DNA from: Mytilus californianus | Taxonomy: Eukaryota | Reading direction: 5' to 3' | Assembly: GCF_021869535.1 (NCBI RefSeq) | Contig: NW_026262581.1 | Location: 103,664,001-103,728,000, forward strand | DNA: 64,000 nt | Shown: positions 63,264 to 64,000 of the stretch, piece after piece | Numbering within the stretch: the stretch's first letter is position 1 | Layout of the letters: each line of letters starts with the position of its first letter | Position numbers and translations under genes: made by a program | Notes under the pieces: model-generated | What the model was told of the DNA's origin: nothing | The model's input: only the letters and a program-made list of their open reading frames with translations | Database searches by the model: none

Positions 63264-64000
63264 ATGACATTTATAACGTGTGGTTTTAATTTTTGACTAA
63301 TGGTTCATTTTCAACATTGAAGAAACACCTGCATATGTAGTATATTTCCAAGTCGATACGATATTCTATGGCTTTTCGTCATAGAGGGTTACTGCTTACA
63401 GTGGGAAGTATGATTTGGTTGAATCTAATGGAATATCCGTAAAATATGGCCACGGACTTGTTCCACTTGTTGTAGCCAGAATTCAATCTTTTGTGACATC
63501 ACAGAAGGAAACTTATTACCACAGGCTCGTGGGAAAGGGACCCCCTTTTTCTAAACATATATTTTGTTTTGTGTTTTATTTATGTATGTCAATATTCCTC
63601 AATATTTTCACTTATTGAATGTGTTCTTGCTCTTATCCATACGATTTACGATAACAGTAGTTTATATGTGATGCCCGTCTAGTCTATATTCTTATTTTCC
63701 ACGGGGAAACACAATTTTTTTAGTGTCTAAGAAACCTAGAAGATTGTCGTCGTTTTTTGCAAAATATGTGCAATTTAGGTACTGTGACGACAGTGAATGC
63801 TGAAATTAAGGGCATATGCTATCATGTTTTCATTTCTTCCAACCTTGTATTAATTCTGCTAAAATTCACTAAAATGATTTACAAGTCCCCAAGGAGTGGT
63901 GCACAACTGGTGCCCACTGGAATTTCCAATCCTCTGTTGGTGACTAAACGTTTTAATTTATAAAAGTTCACATTTGAATCACACCACTTGTCGGGGTTTA

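Overview
AT-rich (roughly 30% GC by eye), gene-poor eukaryotic DNA. The repeat content (hammerhead retrozyme-like units, Penelope-like elements, a tRNA-derived SINE) suggests a bivalve mollusc, most likely a Mytilus mussel; this is inference from recalled repeat families. No intact host gene is recognisable and there is no prokaryotic feature. The window is a layered transposon landscape: (1) a decayed near-full-length Penelope-like element with the GIY-YIG endonuclease N-terminal to the reverse transcriptase (Naiad/Chlamys-type) at ~12460-15270, plus many fragments and 3'-end copies of related elements; (2) eight type I hammerhead-ribozyme-like loci in three sequence families, two in ~350-nt tandem retrozyme units, one of which directly abuts the start of a GIY-YIG coding fragment; (3) a 5'-truncated non-LTR retrotransposon (RT plus CCHC) at ~59856-63190 broken only by two +1 homopolymer frameshifts; (4) several non-autonomous DNA elements with readable TIRs/TSDs (Sola-like, Harbinger-like, CACTA-like, foldback); (5) two unrelated-sequence elements sharing a giant-hairpin/inverted-repeat/CCAAT architecture; (6) four minisatellites, one derived from a Penelope 3' end and one with codon-like substitution bias. 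All alignments and counts were done by eye and boundaries marked approximate may be off by several bases.
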